Origin: an uncultured Alphaproteobacteria bacterium
Lineage (GTDB): Bacteria > Pseudomonadota > Alphaproteobacteria > CAWJRW01
NCBI GenBank assembly: GCA_963845385.1
Contig: CAWJRW010000006.1
Span: 1,224,910-1,288,909, forward strand
DNA: 64,000 bases
Direction: 5' to 3'
The translations under genes and the position numbers were made by a program. The notes beneath the pieces were generated by a model, which worked only from the letters and a program-made list of their open reading frames with translations, was not told where the DNA came from and did not search any database. Shown piece by piece: positions 11,596 through 22,661 of the stretch (positions are counted from its first letter, which is position 1; the number at the start of each line of letters is the position of its first letter).

Positions 11596-11721
11596 GCCAC
11601 AGGCTCAAGCGCGCGTGGCCGTGGATGCTGCGCATGACAGTCCAAGGGCCGGCAATCCCATGTCTTCATCAAACGAAGAAATGCCAAAGCTAGCCCGTGC
11701 TCAAAATCGGTGGGAGCGGCT

Positions 11722-12818
11722 ATGGTCAAGCCAGTGAAAAACACAGGGGAGCGCCGTCTCATGGCCGTCGATCCAAGAAGCGAGCCCGCAAGCCCACCGG
11801 GAGCCAAGGCCTCTCGCCGCCGCATCGGCACGGAAGAGGCTTTCGCCATTCCGGAGCAGATGGCGGCCCTGCGCGCCATCGGCGAAAGCACCTGGCGCAA
11901 TCTCGACCTCAATCTCTTGCGGCGCAGCACCGACCCCGCGGGGCCGACCTACAAGAGCCTCGTCGACCTTGGCGAAGAGCGCCTACGCGTCATGGACGAA
12001 AACGGCGTCGATATGCATCTGCTCTCGCTCACCTCGCCCGGCGTGCAGTGCTTCGACGCCGACAAGGCTTGCGCCATGGCGAGCCTCGCCAACGACCGCG
12101 TGGCCGAGGCGGTGGCGCGTTACCCGACGCGCTTTGCGGGGCTTGCCGCCTTCGCGCCCCAGGATCCCAAGCGCGCCGTCGTCGAGATGGAGCGCGCGGT
12201 CGGGAAGCTCAAGCTCCACGGCTTCATCCTCAATTCCCATACCGACGGCGAATACATGGACGACCGGAAATACTGGCCGATCCTCGAAGCTGCCGAAGCC
12301 TTGGACCGCGCGATCTACATCCATCCGCGCGCGCCCTCGCGAAGCTCATGGGCAAACCCTATGCCGACTTCGGCCTTTACGCGGCGCTTTGGGGCTTCCA
12401 GGCGGAAGTTTCGCTGCATGCGCTGCGCCTGATGCTTTCCGGCGTCTTCGACCGCTTTCCGAAACTCAAGATCGTCATCGGCCATATGGGCGAAAGCCTG
12501 CCCTACAACATCTGGCGCATGGACCACATGTACACGGTCCACAAGAGCTGGGGCGAGATTCCCGGCAAGCTCAAACCAAGCGAGCTCTTGAAGCGCAATT
12601 TTATGATCACCACGAGCGGCGTCGAGCACGGCCCCGCGCTCAAATATGCCATCGAGGTGCTCGGCGCGGACAACATCCTGTGGGCGATCGACTACCCCTA
12701 CCAGCCCACCGCGCCCGCCGTCGCCTTCATGAACAACGTCGATATCGCCGCCGAAGACAAGGAAAAGATTTTCCACAAGAACGCCGAGCGCGTCTTTCAC
12801 ATCGCGCCTTTGAATTAG
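11722..12818 (+). CDS. Amidohydrolase-2 family protein (ACMSD/LigW-like decarboxylase or hydrolase; one frame break ~12335)
   Basis: The N-terminal part is in ORF 11710..12432 (RRIGTEEAF...MDENGVDMHLLSLTSPGVQ...). The C-terminal part is in ORF 11697..12818 (FPKLKIVIGHMGESLPY...LWAIDYPYQ...). Confidence 0.8.
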
Positions 12819-13021
12819 CGAGGGCGCCATTGCGCTCGATTGCGTGGCGCGTTGGCCGGTCCACGTATCCGCGTCTATCGGGAGATGAAGCGATTATTGG
12901 GGGAACCGCCCTCCGACGTCACAATCTTTCCGTAAACTTTCCTTTGACCTTGCTGCTGTCAAATAGCGAAAGTATTCGGCGCATCGGATTTGTCTCGGAC
13001 GACATCGCGAGGGAAAGCACC

Positions 13022-13636
13022 ATGATGATCAAACTGGCGGGGGCGCTCATCGTCCTAGGGCTTGGCGTTGCTTTCGTCGCGGCCGATGCCGGCGCAGAGA
13101 CCCTAACTCCAGACAACGCCGCTTCTGCGCCGGAAGAGGCAGCGACGGTCGTAAAGGATCCCGCGGCGCTGAGCGCCGACTTTTGGGGCGATTTGAACAA
13201 GACCAAAGCGAGCCCGGAATTCGCGGCGCTGACCGACGCGGCCGGTTGTGCCGATAAGACGCGAGCGGCCGCGGCGAGCGCTGCGAAAAGCAACAAGCAA
13301 GGCATCGTCGATATCGCGATCACGCGCCCGGAAGAGGCGGCCAAGTTCCTGAACGAAATCACGGTTTCGTCAAGTGATCCCGTGAGCAACGGAGCGCTCG
13401 CGACGGTCATCAACATGCGGACCTCGCCTGAGGTTCGCGAAGCGGCGGCGCCGATGATCGCGCCGGAGGCCCAGGCGCGCGTCGAAGAATTTCGCGCAGA
13501 TCTTACGACCGGCATTCCGGGTTTGCCGGGCATCTATCTCGGCGACAATTCCGGCGCCACGAGCGGCGCACGGGCCGAGGCGCCCACGGGATACACGCCG
13601 GTGTCCGGCGGATCGATCGCCTGTCCGTCGCGTTGA
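13022..13636 (+). CDS. Hypothetical exported protein
   Basis: Internal ATG of the 11969..13636 frame. Signal peptide MMIKLAGALIVLGLGVAFVAADAGA followed by an Ala/Glu-rich mature part. No family recognised. Confidence 0.55.
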   Translation: MMIKLAGALIVLGLGVAFVAADAGAETLTPDNAASAPEEAATVVKDPAALSADFWGDLNKTKASPEFAALTDAAGCADKTRAAAASAAKSNKQGIVDIAITRPEEAAKFLNEITVSSSDPVSNGALATVINMRTSPEVREAAAPMIAPEAQARVEEFRADLTTGIPGLPGIYLGDNSGATSGARAEAPTGYTPVSGGSIACPSR

Positions 13637-13656
13637 TCGAGGGTGCCCTCATGACG

Positions 13657-14268
13657 ATGTCAACCCGACGCGTATTCCTCATCGGCGCCATGGGCGCGGC
13701 CGCCGCCGCGATTGCGAGCTGCACGCCGAAAAAGGCTGCTGAGCGGCCAAAGCCGCCACTGCTCGGCGAGCCCGCTGCGCCAAAGCGGTTCGTCATGTGG
13801 GGCAGCTATACGTGCCCGTTCACGGCGCAGCTCGTTGTCATTCTGAACGGCATTGTGGCGAGCATGCCCAAGACCGTGAGTGTGGAATGGCGTCACTTTC
13901 CGATTCATCCCCCGGATCCGGCCCTGCATGTGGCGGGGCTCGCGTTCAAGGATGCGCATTTTTGGGGCTTCACGAATCGCGTGTTGGGCGAGGTGCTCGA
14001 GAAGGGCGGGGACTACACGGGCCTGACGCCGGACAAGCTTGCCGAGTTCGCGAAGGCCGAAGGCGGCTCGGACGACACGCTCGCCGCGGCTTATGCGGAC
14101 AAGGCCAAATGGGATGCGGTCAAAGAGGATCTGCTCGCCGGTCGTTTGCTCGGCGTCACGCAAACGCCGGGGCTGTTCTATCAAGGCTATTTCATGACGC
14201 CGAACGGGTTACCGCTCGACCTTGCGTCATTCGAAAAGTCTTTGCGGACCATGTTGCAGCAGAACTGA
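13657..14268 (+). CDS. DsbA-like thioredoxin-fold lipoprotein with Tat-type signal
   Basis: MSTRRVFLIGAMGAAAAAIASC (twin-arginine motif plus lipobox) followed by a DsbA-like fold carrying CPFT in place of CxxC. ORF 13633..14268. Confidence 0.7.
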   Translation: MSTRRVFLIGAMGAAAAAIASCTPKKAAERPKPPLLGEPAAPKRFVMWGSYTCPFTAQLVVILNGIVASMPKTVSVEWRHFPIHPPDPALHVAGLAFKDAHFWGFTNRVLGEVLEKGGDYTGLTPDKLAEFAKAEGGSDDTLAAAYADKAKWDAVKEDLLAGRLLGVTQTPGLFYQGYFMTPNGLPLDLASFEKSLRTMLQQN

Positions 14269-14284
14269 CAGCCTGAGCAGGGCA

Positions 14285-15469
14285 TCAGGGCCCAAATTGC
14301 GCGACGCTGCGATCGCGCACCGGCTCGCCCTGCGCGGCATCCGCTGGGCGGTGACTGTAGGCCCAAGTGGCGCGCGACGAGCTCCAGTAGTTCCAGAACG
14401 CCGCGCTGATGGCCCCGGTTGCGCCGGCCAGAATCCAACTCACGCCGAAGTGGTTGAGCGACGAGCCGATCATCTCGCTCAAGAGGGCGCCGGCGGAGCA
14501 AGTCACGTAGAAGGCGAGCAGTCCGCGCCACAGCTCACGCCCGCGCAGGCGCAGGTCGCGAAAGGTGAGCGTGTTGTTCAGAAAGAAGTTCGAGCTCATG
14601 GCGCCGCCGATGGCGCCGGCTTGGGCGAGCCAAAACGGCAATGCCGCCGGGCCTTTGAGCAGGCTCAGGATCGCGAGATGGACCACGACGCCCGTCGCGC
14701 CAACGCCGGCGAACATGAAAAACCGTGCGGGCACGATCCCCCGCGTCTTGTTCTGCACGAGCTGCGCGGCGAGCTCCACGACGATCCGTGAGTCGAGCTT
14801 CGATGCACCGCCGATGCGCGACCGCAGCATCGTGGGTCTCTCGACGACGCGTGGCGCGCGCTCGCCGCAGGTAAGGACGTCCACGAGAATCTTGAAGCCG
14901 ACTCCGGACAGCCGCCCGCGAACATGATCGAACCAGGCGCGGCGCATGAAGAAGAAGCCGCTCAAGGGATCGCTCGTCTTGACGCCGAGAGCCGCGTGAA
15001 CAAGGCGCGTGCCGAGGCAACTCAGGCGATGCCGCGACCGGCCGAGGCCCGTATGAGTGCCGTTCATGAAACGTGACGCCATCGCTACATCGGCATGTCC
15101 CGTGACAAGCGCGCCGATCAAGTCCTTTAGGAGACCCGTGTCGTGCTGGCCGTCGCCGTCCATCACGCCGATGATCTCGCCCTGCGCGATGTCCCATCCC
15201 GTGATCGCGGCCGAGGCAAGGCCGCGCACGCCCTTCCGCCGCACAAGCCTGATCCGGTCATCGGCCGCAGCGTGCGCACGCACGACCGAGGCCGTGCGAT
15301 CCTCCGCGGAATCATCGACGACGATGATCTCGTAGGCGATGTCCGAAAGCGCGTCGTGCGCTTCTCGGAGAACGGCCCCAATCGAGTCCGCTTCGTCGAG
15401 CGTGCAAATGACGAGCGACACCGAAGGCTTGTTCGCGCCGGTCCGGATGGGCATCCGCGCGTACGTCAT
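14285..15469 (-). CDS. Polyprenol-phosphate glycosyltransferase (GT2) fused to a GtrA-like membrane domain
   Basis: Intact 394-aa ORF. It has SLVICTLDEADSI, IIVVDDSAED and MDGDGQHD motifs, followed by four C-terminal TM helices of GtrA type. Confidence 0.85.
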   Translation of the reverse strand: MTYARMPIRTGANKPSVSLVICTLDEADSIGAVLREAHDALSDIAYEIIVVDDSAEDRTASVVRAHAAADDRIRLVRRKGVRGLASAAITGWDIAQGEIIGVMDGDGQHDTGLLKDLIGALVTGHADVAMASRFMNGTHTGLGRSRHRLSCLGTRLVHAALGVKTSDPLSGFFFMRRAWFDHVRGRLSGVGFKILVDVLTCGERAPRVVERPTMLRSRIGGASKLDSRIVVELAAQLVQNKTRGIVPARFFMFAGVGATGVVVHLAILSLLKGPAALPFWLAQAGAIGGAMSSNFFLNNTLTFRDLRLRGRELWRGLLAFYVTCSAGALLSEMIGSSLNHFGVSWILAGATGAISAAFWNYWSSSRATWAYSHRPADAAQGEPVRDRSVAQFGP

Positions 15470-15665
15470 GAAGCTCTCCCGATGGATCCCTCGGCGGCCT
15501 TGGGCGAAGGGAGCCGATCGCTCGGAAACTGATTGCGCCGCGGAGAGCTATAGCGGCAAAGCGCAAAAGGCCGGGTTAACGAAAGTGACTAATGGCGCCC
15601 GGCCCCGTGCCGATATGAACGCTTTTGTCATGGTTTACGCGCAGTTTCTCCCGGGGCATTCGCCG

Positions 15666-17122
15666 ATGACTCGATTAAACGAGCTGATAGCGCACCGGTC
15701 CGTTTCGCGCGCACAAGCGTCGCTCATGTGGCCGGTTCTCGCGGCGTTGACGGTCTACGCCGTCGTTCTGTTCGTGCCCGCGGTTCTCAATGACGGCGAC
15801 AGCTATTGGCATCTCGCGGCGGGCGATTGGATGCTCGCGCATGGCGCGGTGTTGCGCGTGGATCCGTTCTCCTTCACGCGTGCCGGCGCGTCCTGGCAGA
15901 CCCATGAATGGCTCTCCGAGATCCTTTTGGCGGGCGCGTACCGCGCGGCGGGCTGGAGCGGCGTCTTGCTCCTCGTCGCGGGCGCGGCGGCATTGGCGAC
16001 GGGCCTCTTGGCCGCACATCTCGGGCGCTGGCTCGACCCGCTTGCGCGACTTGTCGTGCTGGTCCTCGCCGTCGGCTGCCTGGCGCCGAGCCTGCTCGCA
16101 CGGCCCCATATTCTGGCGCTTCCGGTGCTGGAGATATGGGCCGCGATGATCCTCATCGCGCGCGAGGAGAGACGCGCACCGAGCTTGCTCCTTCTGCCGC
16201 TCATGACGCTGTGGGCCAATCTGCATGGCAGCTTCGCCTTCGGCCTTGCCCTCATCGCGCCCTTCGCGCTCGAGGCTTGCATCGAGGACAAGTGGCGCGC
16301 GGCGACGCTCCGGTCCTGGACCATATTTGCGCTTGGCGCCGCGGCGGCGGCGTTGATCACGCCGCACGGCCTCAGCGGCTTCTTGTTTCCACTGAAGCTC
16401 ATGATGATGAAAAGTCTTTCCGCCATTGCGGAGTGGCAGAGCGCGGACTTCTCGACGCTGCAGCCGCTCGAGCTTGCTTGATGGCGGCGCTCTTCGTTTT
16501 TCTGTCTCGCGGCGTGCGGTTTCCGGTCATCCGGCTCGTGACGCTGCTCGTGCTTCTGCACATGTCGCTGCAACACGGGCGTCATCAAATGATTTTGGGC
16601 ATCGTCGGCGCGCTCATCGTCGCCGCGTCCGTGGGCGCAGCGCTGAGGCAAGAGGCGGCGGCCGGCGCAGCGCCCGAGGGCAAGCGCGCGGCGCCGATCT
16701 GGAGCCTGGTGGGCGTCGCGCTGTCGGTTGCGCTGACGCTCGTCCGTCTCGCGAGCCCCGTTGAGCGCGTCGATGGTCCTCAATCACCCATCTCCGCCTT
16801 GGCGCAAGTGCCGCCGGACCTCCGCCGCCGGCCCGTCTTCAACGACTACGGCTTTGGCGGCTATCTGATCAGCCGCGGCTTGAGACCGTTCATCGACGGC
16901 CGCACCGATCTCTACGGTGATGACTTCATGCGCAACTACATGCGCGTGACCCACCCGGACAGGACGGCGCTTGATGAGACGTTCCACAAGTACCGGATCG
17001 AATGGACGATCCTCAGTCCGGACAACCCGCTGGTTGCGCTCTTGGATGCGCGCCCGGGCTGGAGGCGTCTGTATACGGACCAATTCGCCGTCGTGCACGC
17101 CCAGGGCAGCCCCAAGCCATAG
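15666..17122 (+). CDS. Polytopic membrane protein, GT-C-like glycosyltransferase candidate (one frame break ~16475)
   Basis: MTRLNELIAH... with about 10 predicted TM helices. The sequence is split between ORFs 15339..16481 and 15908..17122. It is divergent from the GT2-GtrA gene and has a soluble C-terminal domain. Confidence 0.55.
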
Positions 17123-17175
17123 CCCCGCGCCCCTTGCGGGTGAACATGCGAAGCGGCAGCACGCCGCTTGGGCGC

Positions 17176-17213
17176 GGATCACGCATGCCAAAATCGGGCG
17201 GCATGCGTGATCC
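17176..17213. terminator. 14-bp-stem hairpin between convergent genes
   Basis: GGATCACGCATGCC-N10-GGCATGCGTGATCC. Confidence 0.6.
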
Positions 17214-17224
17214 TAGCGCCACGT

Positions 17225-17725
17225 TTACTTCATCGTGATTTCGCCCGTGATGTTGTTCACGTGCGTCGTCTTGCCGTCTTTGGTGACGTCTGCACCGTGC
17301 CAGGTGCCGCTGCCTTGCGCGGTGCTCCAACGGCCCTCGCCGCCCGCCACTTTCCACTCGCCCGACGGCACGCCCTTTTCGTCAGACGCCGTCGCGGTCC
17401 AGCTCAAGAGCACGGACTTTCCCTTGGCGTCGATCATGCTGCAATAGCCGCCGCCCGTGGTGGCGCCGGCCTTCATTTCCATCATGCCGAAGCAGGACCC
17501 GCTCGCTTTGTTGAGGGGGCTCGACTTCTTCTTGGTCGCCACGGTTTGCTCGTCGTTGGACAAGACGACCGTGTGATCCGCGCCGAGCTTGTAGACGACG
17601 CTCTTGTCGGCGGTGACGGTGGACACGCCGTCGGCGTTGTAGCTCTTGGCGAACGCGTCGTGTGTCGGAACCGTGGCAGCGAGGGCAAGCGTAACAATGC
17701 CCAGCGCCAGACCGATGTGTCTCAT
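17225..17725 (-). CDS. Hypothetical exported protein
   Basis: Intact 166-aa ORF with signal peptide MRHIGLALGIVTLALAATVPTHDAFA. No family recognised. Confidence 0.6.
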   Translation of the reverse strand: MRHIGLALGIVTLALAATVPTHDAFAKSYNADGVSTVTADKSVVYKLGADHTVVLSNDEQTVATKKKSSPLNKASGSCFGMMEMKAGATTGGGYCSMIDAKGKSVLLSWTATASDEKGVPSGEWKVAGGEGRWSTAQGSGTWHGADVTKDGKTTHVNNITGEITMK

Positions 17726-17880
17726 TGGCGAAACTCCTTCCGATTGTGTTTTCGTTGAGGGTCCCGCCGCGAGGGCAATTCAGTTCCAGGGCACGAGGCT
17801 TGGCGGCGCGACCCGCGCGGATGTTAGTCGAACGGCGCGCTTGCCACTAGCAGGCTGCGGAAAAAATTGACTTGCGCGCC

Positions 17881-17990
17881 TCATCCTTCGAGACGGCCGC
17901 TTCGCGGCCTCCTCAGGATGAGGCCGTTCCATATAAACGGATTGCCTCATCCTGAGGTGCGAGCGAAGCGAGCCTCGAAGGATGAGGCCG
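17881..17990. repeat. Inverted pair of 'CATCCTGAGGAGG..CTCGAAGGATGAGG' REP-like elements
   Basis: CTCATCCTTCGAGACGGCCGCTTCGCGGCCTCCTCAGGATGAGG and CCTCATCCTGAGGTGCGAGCGAAGCGAGCCTCGAAGGATGAGG. A related copy sits at 48849-48893. Confidence 0.8.
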
Positions 17991-18016
17991 TGGCACGCGC
18001 ATTTTTCCGCACTCCG

Positions 18017-18879
18017 CTAAAGCGGGCGCTCGCCCATCACCGTCGTGCGGACCATGTGGCGGCGCTCGTTCTCGTAATCGTGAATGCCGCAATGCTGCAG
18101 GAAGCGGTTGTCCCAGACGATGAGCGTGTCGGGCTCCCAGCGAATCCGGCATTGGTATTGAAGCTTGTGGGGCTGCTGAACCAAGTAATCGAGGAGGCCC
18201 TTGCTGTCTTCCTCGCTCCAGCCTTCGAAGCGCTTGAAATAGGCGCCCGTCACGTAAAGGCTCTTGCGCCCGGTCGTGGGATGCGTGCGCACCGCGGGAT
18301 GCGTGTTTTCGAGCTCGTCTTCTTTGAAGCTGTGGCTTTCGCGCAAGCGGAGCTGCTTGTTCTTCTCGAGCTTGGCATTGTCGGACCAGATGGACTTGCC
18401 GCTGTAGACGACCTTGAGGCCGCGCAGCACTTCTTTGAAACCCTCCGAAAGCTGCTCGTAGGCGAGGAACATGTTGGCGAAGGCGGTGTCGCCGCCATAT
18501 TTCGGCACATCGAGCGCGCGCATCACGACGCACAGGGGCGGGCGCGCGAGGAACGGGCTGTCGGTGTGGAAGCGCGTGAACGGCACGACCGAGACGGGCT
18601 CGTGCGCCTCGCGGCGGAGATCCTGCATGTCGGGATGGCCGGGAACGATCGGCGCCTGGGGCAGCTCCATGATCTCGCCGAAATTGCGCGAAAAGGCCTT
18701 GTGCTGCTCGGGCGTGATGGCCTGCCTGCGGAACATGATGACGAGGAAATGCTCGAAGGCCTTCATCATCTCGGCCTTGACCGCGTCGTCCAAGGGCTTG
18801 CGACGACATCGACGCCCTCGATCTCGCAGCCGGCCGCGCCGGTGATCGGCGTCACCTTGATGCGCTTGAACTCGGGCAT
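18017..18879 (-). CDS. TauD/TfdA-family Fe(II)/2-oxoglutarate dioxygenase (one frame break ~18800)
   Basis: ORF 18017..18793 carries FHTDSPF and the C-terminal WDNRFLQH. The N-terminus MPEFKRIKVTPITGAAGCEIEGVD is one frame over, starting at 18879. Confidence 0.8.
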
Positions 18880-19144
18880 CGGCAGCCCTGCGACGACGGT
18901 CCGGCGGACTTCGCTTCGTGCTTCGTTCAAGGCGGCGCTCATGGGGCGCTCATGGGAATCTCCCGGCGGTCTCGCTCAAGCTCATGGAGCACAGGCGCTC
19001 CCTGGCACATGTTACAGCATCGCCCCCCGCCGGCAATCGCCTGGTTGGAAACGAAGAAGACCGGAAAAGAAGAGGGCCGCGGCATGGCCGCGGCCCCTTT
19101 GTTCTCAGTTCCAGCCAATCAAGCTCGATCGGATTTGCAGGCCT

Positions 19145-21930
19145 TTAGTACTTCAGCCGCGCCGTGGCGAACCATTGACGTGGCTCGTTGTAGGAGCCGT
19201 ATATGTTGCCGCCGGCGCGTTGGGCGTTGCCGCTGACGATATAGCGGTCGTCGGTGAGATTGGTTCCACCCACCGCCAGCTTCCCAATGCCCGTTGCCGC
19301 CTTGTAGGTCGCGGAGACATTGAGCTGGTTGGTACGCTGGCCGCAGGAGCTCGACCGTGTTCTCCGTGTCGTTCTGAACGCTCCGTTGTGCGCGTGTAAT
19401 CCAGGTTGAAGACGAGCGCGCCGGAACGGTATCCATATCGATCGTGTATTGCGGACCGAGATCTGAACTTCCATTGGGCGTCTTGCGCAGCGCCGAGCTA
19501 AGCGTGACCGTTCTGCCACCCGCAAGCGTCGCATCGCCGACCGTTGCGGCGAGCCGCGTATACCTCGCATGGGGACAGCCGACGCTCGCGCTGACGATGA
19601 AGTCATCGGTCATGACGGCCTGTCCTTCCGCCTCGGAGCCGTAATGTCGCGTCGCCGGAATTCTGATGGTCGGCGAGATGAAGATGAAGGCGTTCTGCTG
19701 GATCCCCAGATAGTTGGTGCGGAACCCGGCAAGATTGACGCGCAGCCGGTGATCGAAGAATTCGGACTTGATGCCGCTTCGAAGGTCCTGCGCCTTTTCC
19801 GGGCCGAAGCGCGGCGGCCGTCGCGAATTCGGGAACGACAGCCTCGTCGTCCAGCCGCCGGACTTAAGCCCTTGGACCAGGACAAGTAGGCCATCAGGTC
19901 TTCGGTCGGGCTCCATTCCAAGCCGATCTTCGGCGTGAACAGGTAGAAGTGCTGAACATCCACGCCGGCCGGGAAGAAGCGATCCGGTTCGCCCGGATTC
20001 GGGAAGCCGAAATACGCAGGCAGGTCAATTCGCCGCGCCTGGAACAAAGGGCTTCCCGGCGCGGCGTTGGAAATGCCGTGCGGCGAGCCGTAGGGCGGAT
20101 AGTAGAATGCGGAAGCACGATGGGACATGGTACGCATCGCGCCCGGCCCGCAAAGCCAGCTTATATGTGACGAGTTCGGGTCGGACTGGAAGCCCTCGAA
20201 CTCCTTGTGCTCGTCGCTGTAGCGTCCGCCGAGGGTCAGGCTCAGCTCTTCGGTGATCTTGAAGTTGAGGTTGCAGTAGAAGGCGTATGTCCAGGTAGCC
20301 AAGCGTGTTGGGCCCATCGACCTGGAGCAAGCCGCCCGGGAAGGGCACGAGGTCATGCAGATCGCCAGCTTCCGAGAAGTAGTAGCCGCCGACGACATAT
20401 TTCGGAAGCGATCGTTGAAGGCGTGCCTGAGAGCTGCAGTTCCTCCGAGAACTCATGCTGGTGCATGTTGAAGTTGACCGACTAGGATCTCGAGCGGCGA
20501 GCCGTCCAGGTCCATGCCCGCCTTCCACGACAGCCCGCGGAAGGCGGCGATGTTCTTCAGAGCTCGTATGGTCGTTGAGGCTCACATCGACCGTGGCCGA
20601 ATAGCCCCAGGTCTTCATCCAGGCAGAAATTGTGGCCCGTGCAATAGGTGATATCCGGATCGCCCGTATAGAAAGACGGCTGCACGAGGCAGGCCCGATC
20701 ATGACGCCCAGAACGCCAAGCTCTGCAGGGTTGCCGTAAAAGAGCCGGTTGTTGCTCGGGTCGCCGTCGGCTGGGTGGTTAGGTCCAGTGTTTGTCGCGT
20801 CATTCGCAAGTGCCGGCCAGTCGTGCCCGTGGCGTGCAAAGGAATGTAATGATGCAAGCCGCGCCGCCCGCGAAGGTCTGGCCAATAAACGGCCCAGCCG
20901 CCAGAAGGTTATTGTAAAAGCCAATGAAAAGACCGTCCGCGGCGCCGAGCTGTCCCGGCGGGTCAATAAACGCGGACGGACTAGGCTGATTGAACGGGAA
21001 AGGCACGATCGTATCGGGGGCACCGCTAAAATTGTTCTCGAGGATGTTGAGCAGCGAATACGGGACCGAATTCCTCGTCGACCAGCGTGTAGTCGCCGGC
21101 GAGCGTGACTTTCCAGACGTCGTTCGGCTCGAACAGGAACTTCATGCGGAGGTTCCACGAATCCTGGCCGCCCGAGGTATCGCTGGTGTCGTAACCCGCC
21201 AAGCCGAGCTTGTGAATGTCGTCGCCGATGTATGGGGACGAATAGGGATAGGCGATGTGCTTCTGATAGCCCTCGCGCTTCTTCGTCGAGAAGGAGATGC
21301 TGGTGCGGAACTTGTCCGTGATCGGAATATCCGCCGAGGCGCGCATGTCCAAGCGCTGGAAGCTGCCGCCCGTGACCTCGCCGCTCGCCGCGAATTCCGT
21401 TCCCGGCTCGTGGGTCACGATATTGACCGCGCCGCCGATGGTGTTGCGGCCGAACAGCGTGCCCTGCGGGCCTTTCAGAATTTCCACGCGCTCGACGTCC
21501 AACATGTCCGACGTTGGCGCCGACCGAACGGGCGAGATAGACGCCGTCGATATAGACGCCGACGCCGGGGTCGAGGTTGATCGCGAAGTCGTCTTGGCCG
21601 ATGCCGCGAATGGAGGCGGCGAGCACCGCGCTCGTGGCCGAGAAGGGCGTCGAGGCGTCGAAGGTGACGTTCGGCGTGGCGTCGGCGAGCTTCGCGACGT
21701 CGGTGATGCCCTTGGTCTGCAAGGACGCTGCCGAGAAGGCGGTCACCGCGATCGGCACCTTCTGGATGTTCTCTTCGCGTTCTCTGCGCCGTCACGATCA
21801 TCGTCTCGACTGTCGTCCCTGCGCTCGAGCCGCGCCGGCGACCGCAAACGAACCTAGACCAGGGCGGCCGGCATGACCGATCCCAAAAGCCGCGCGCGGG
21901 TAAACAGTTGGCTTGGATTTCACGTTTCAA
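19145..21930 (-). CDS. TonB-dependent receptor (many frame breaks)
   Basis: Plug fragments TVETMIVTAQR..., IAVTAFSAASLQTKGITDVAKLADATPNVTF..., LDVERVEILKGPQGTLFGRNTIGGAVNIVT. The barrel fragments are spread over three minus frames. C-terminus ...EPRQWFATARLKY. Confidence 0.85.
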
Positions 21931-22374
21931 CCCCCTCTACTTGCCGGACGTGACGCCCGGTCATAATTGTTCGCGTTCTAGGTGGACGAGCCCTGGCACC
22001 GCCCAGCAGGGCGCAGTACCCAAGTCGTCCTCAATCGCTTCGCTCATTGGGCAGAAGCCGGCGAAACGGGACAATGCCAGGAAAGGACGGATCAGAGCTA
22101 CAAGATAGTCGTGGACTAAGCCCTACCCCCACCCAATGGCGCTCACGCCATCCTCCTGCAACAACCCCCGCTCCCCACAGCCCGGGACGCCCGAAATTCT
22201 CTTCGGCAAAACCGGTAAATCTTTTAGGAGAGACCCATGCCTGTGACGATGTCAAGGACAGCGCCGCCCGTATGAGAAGGTGTTGCGGCGCGCGCCAAAA
22301 AAGCCACACCCCTGGGAACGCTGGCCTCCCAGCGCGAATTTGACCTCGATTGAGTCAAGCGATGGCTCATTGAC

Positions 22375-22445
22375 CCCCACCCCGCGCCCCCCTTGCATGG
22401 GGAGGTGCTTCCCCTCTCCCTCCGGGCCTTCGCCGCGCCGAAGCG
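22375..22445. repeat. G/C-tract hairpin repeat copy
   Basis: CCCCCACCCCGCGCCCCCCTTGCATGGGGAGGTGCTTCCCCTCTCCCTCC. Belongs to the same family as the copies at 31.9, 37.7, 41.0 and 60.1-60.7 kb. Confidence 0.6.
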
Positions 22446-22661
22446 GCTTCGGCCGCGCAGGCGGGAGAGGATCTGGCCTTCGCCCGCCGAAGCATGGTTG
22501 AAAGGTGTCGGAGGAAGGCTCGGCCCGCGCAGGCGGGGTGAGGGCGAATCGTCGAACAAAATTGCTTTGGGCCCGCCGTCGCCGAAGGCGCGAGCGGCAA
22601 AAAAAAGCGCCGCCTGCGCGTGCATGCGCGAGGCGGCGCGTCGGTTCAGCGACGGCGGGTG

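Noticed and set aside
11415-11930. 171-aa minus-strand ORF, plus several small ORFs, between the receptor terminator and the amidohydrolase gene.
   Set aside because: The ORFs are composed largely of translated REP-like inverted repeats and have no coding-like composition or motifs.
21960-22140. Possible cobalamin or TPP riboswitch upstream of the second TonB-dependent receptor (segments such as GACAATGCCAGGAAAGGA and GGTGCCAGGGC).
   Set aside because: There are only short partial resemblances. The best one lies on the plus strand, where there is no downstream gene to regulate. No B12 box or CUGAGA element is present.
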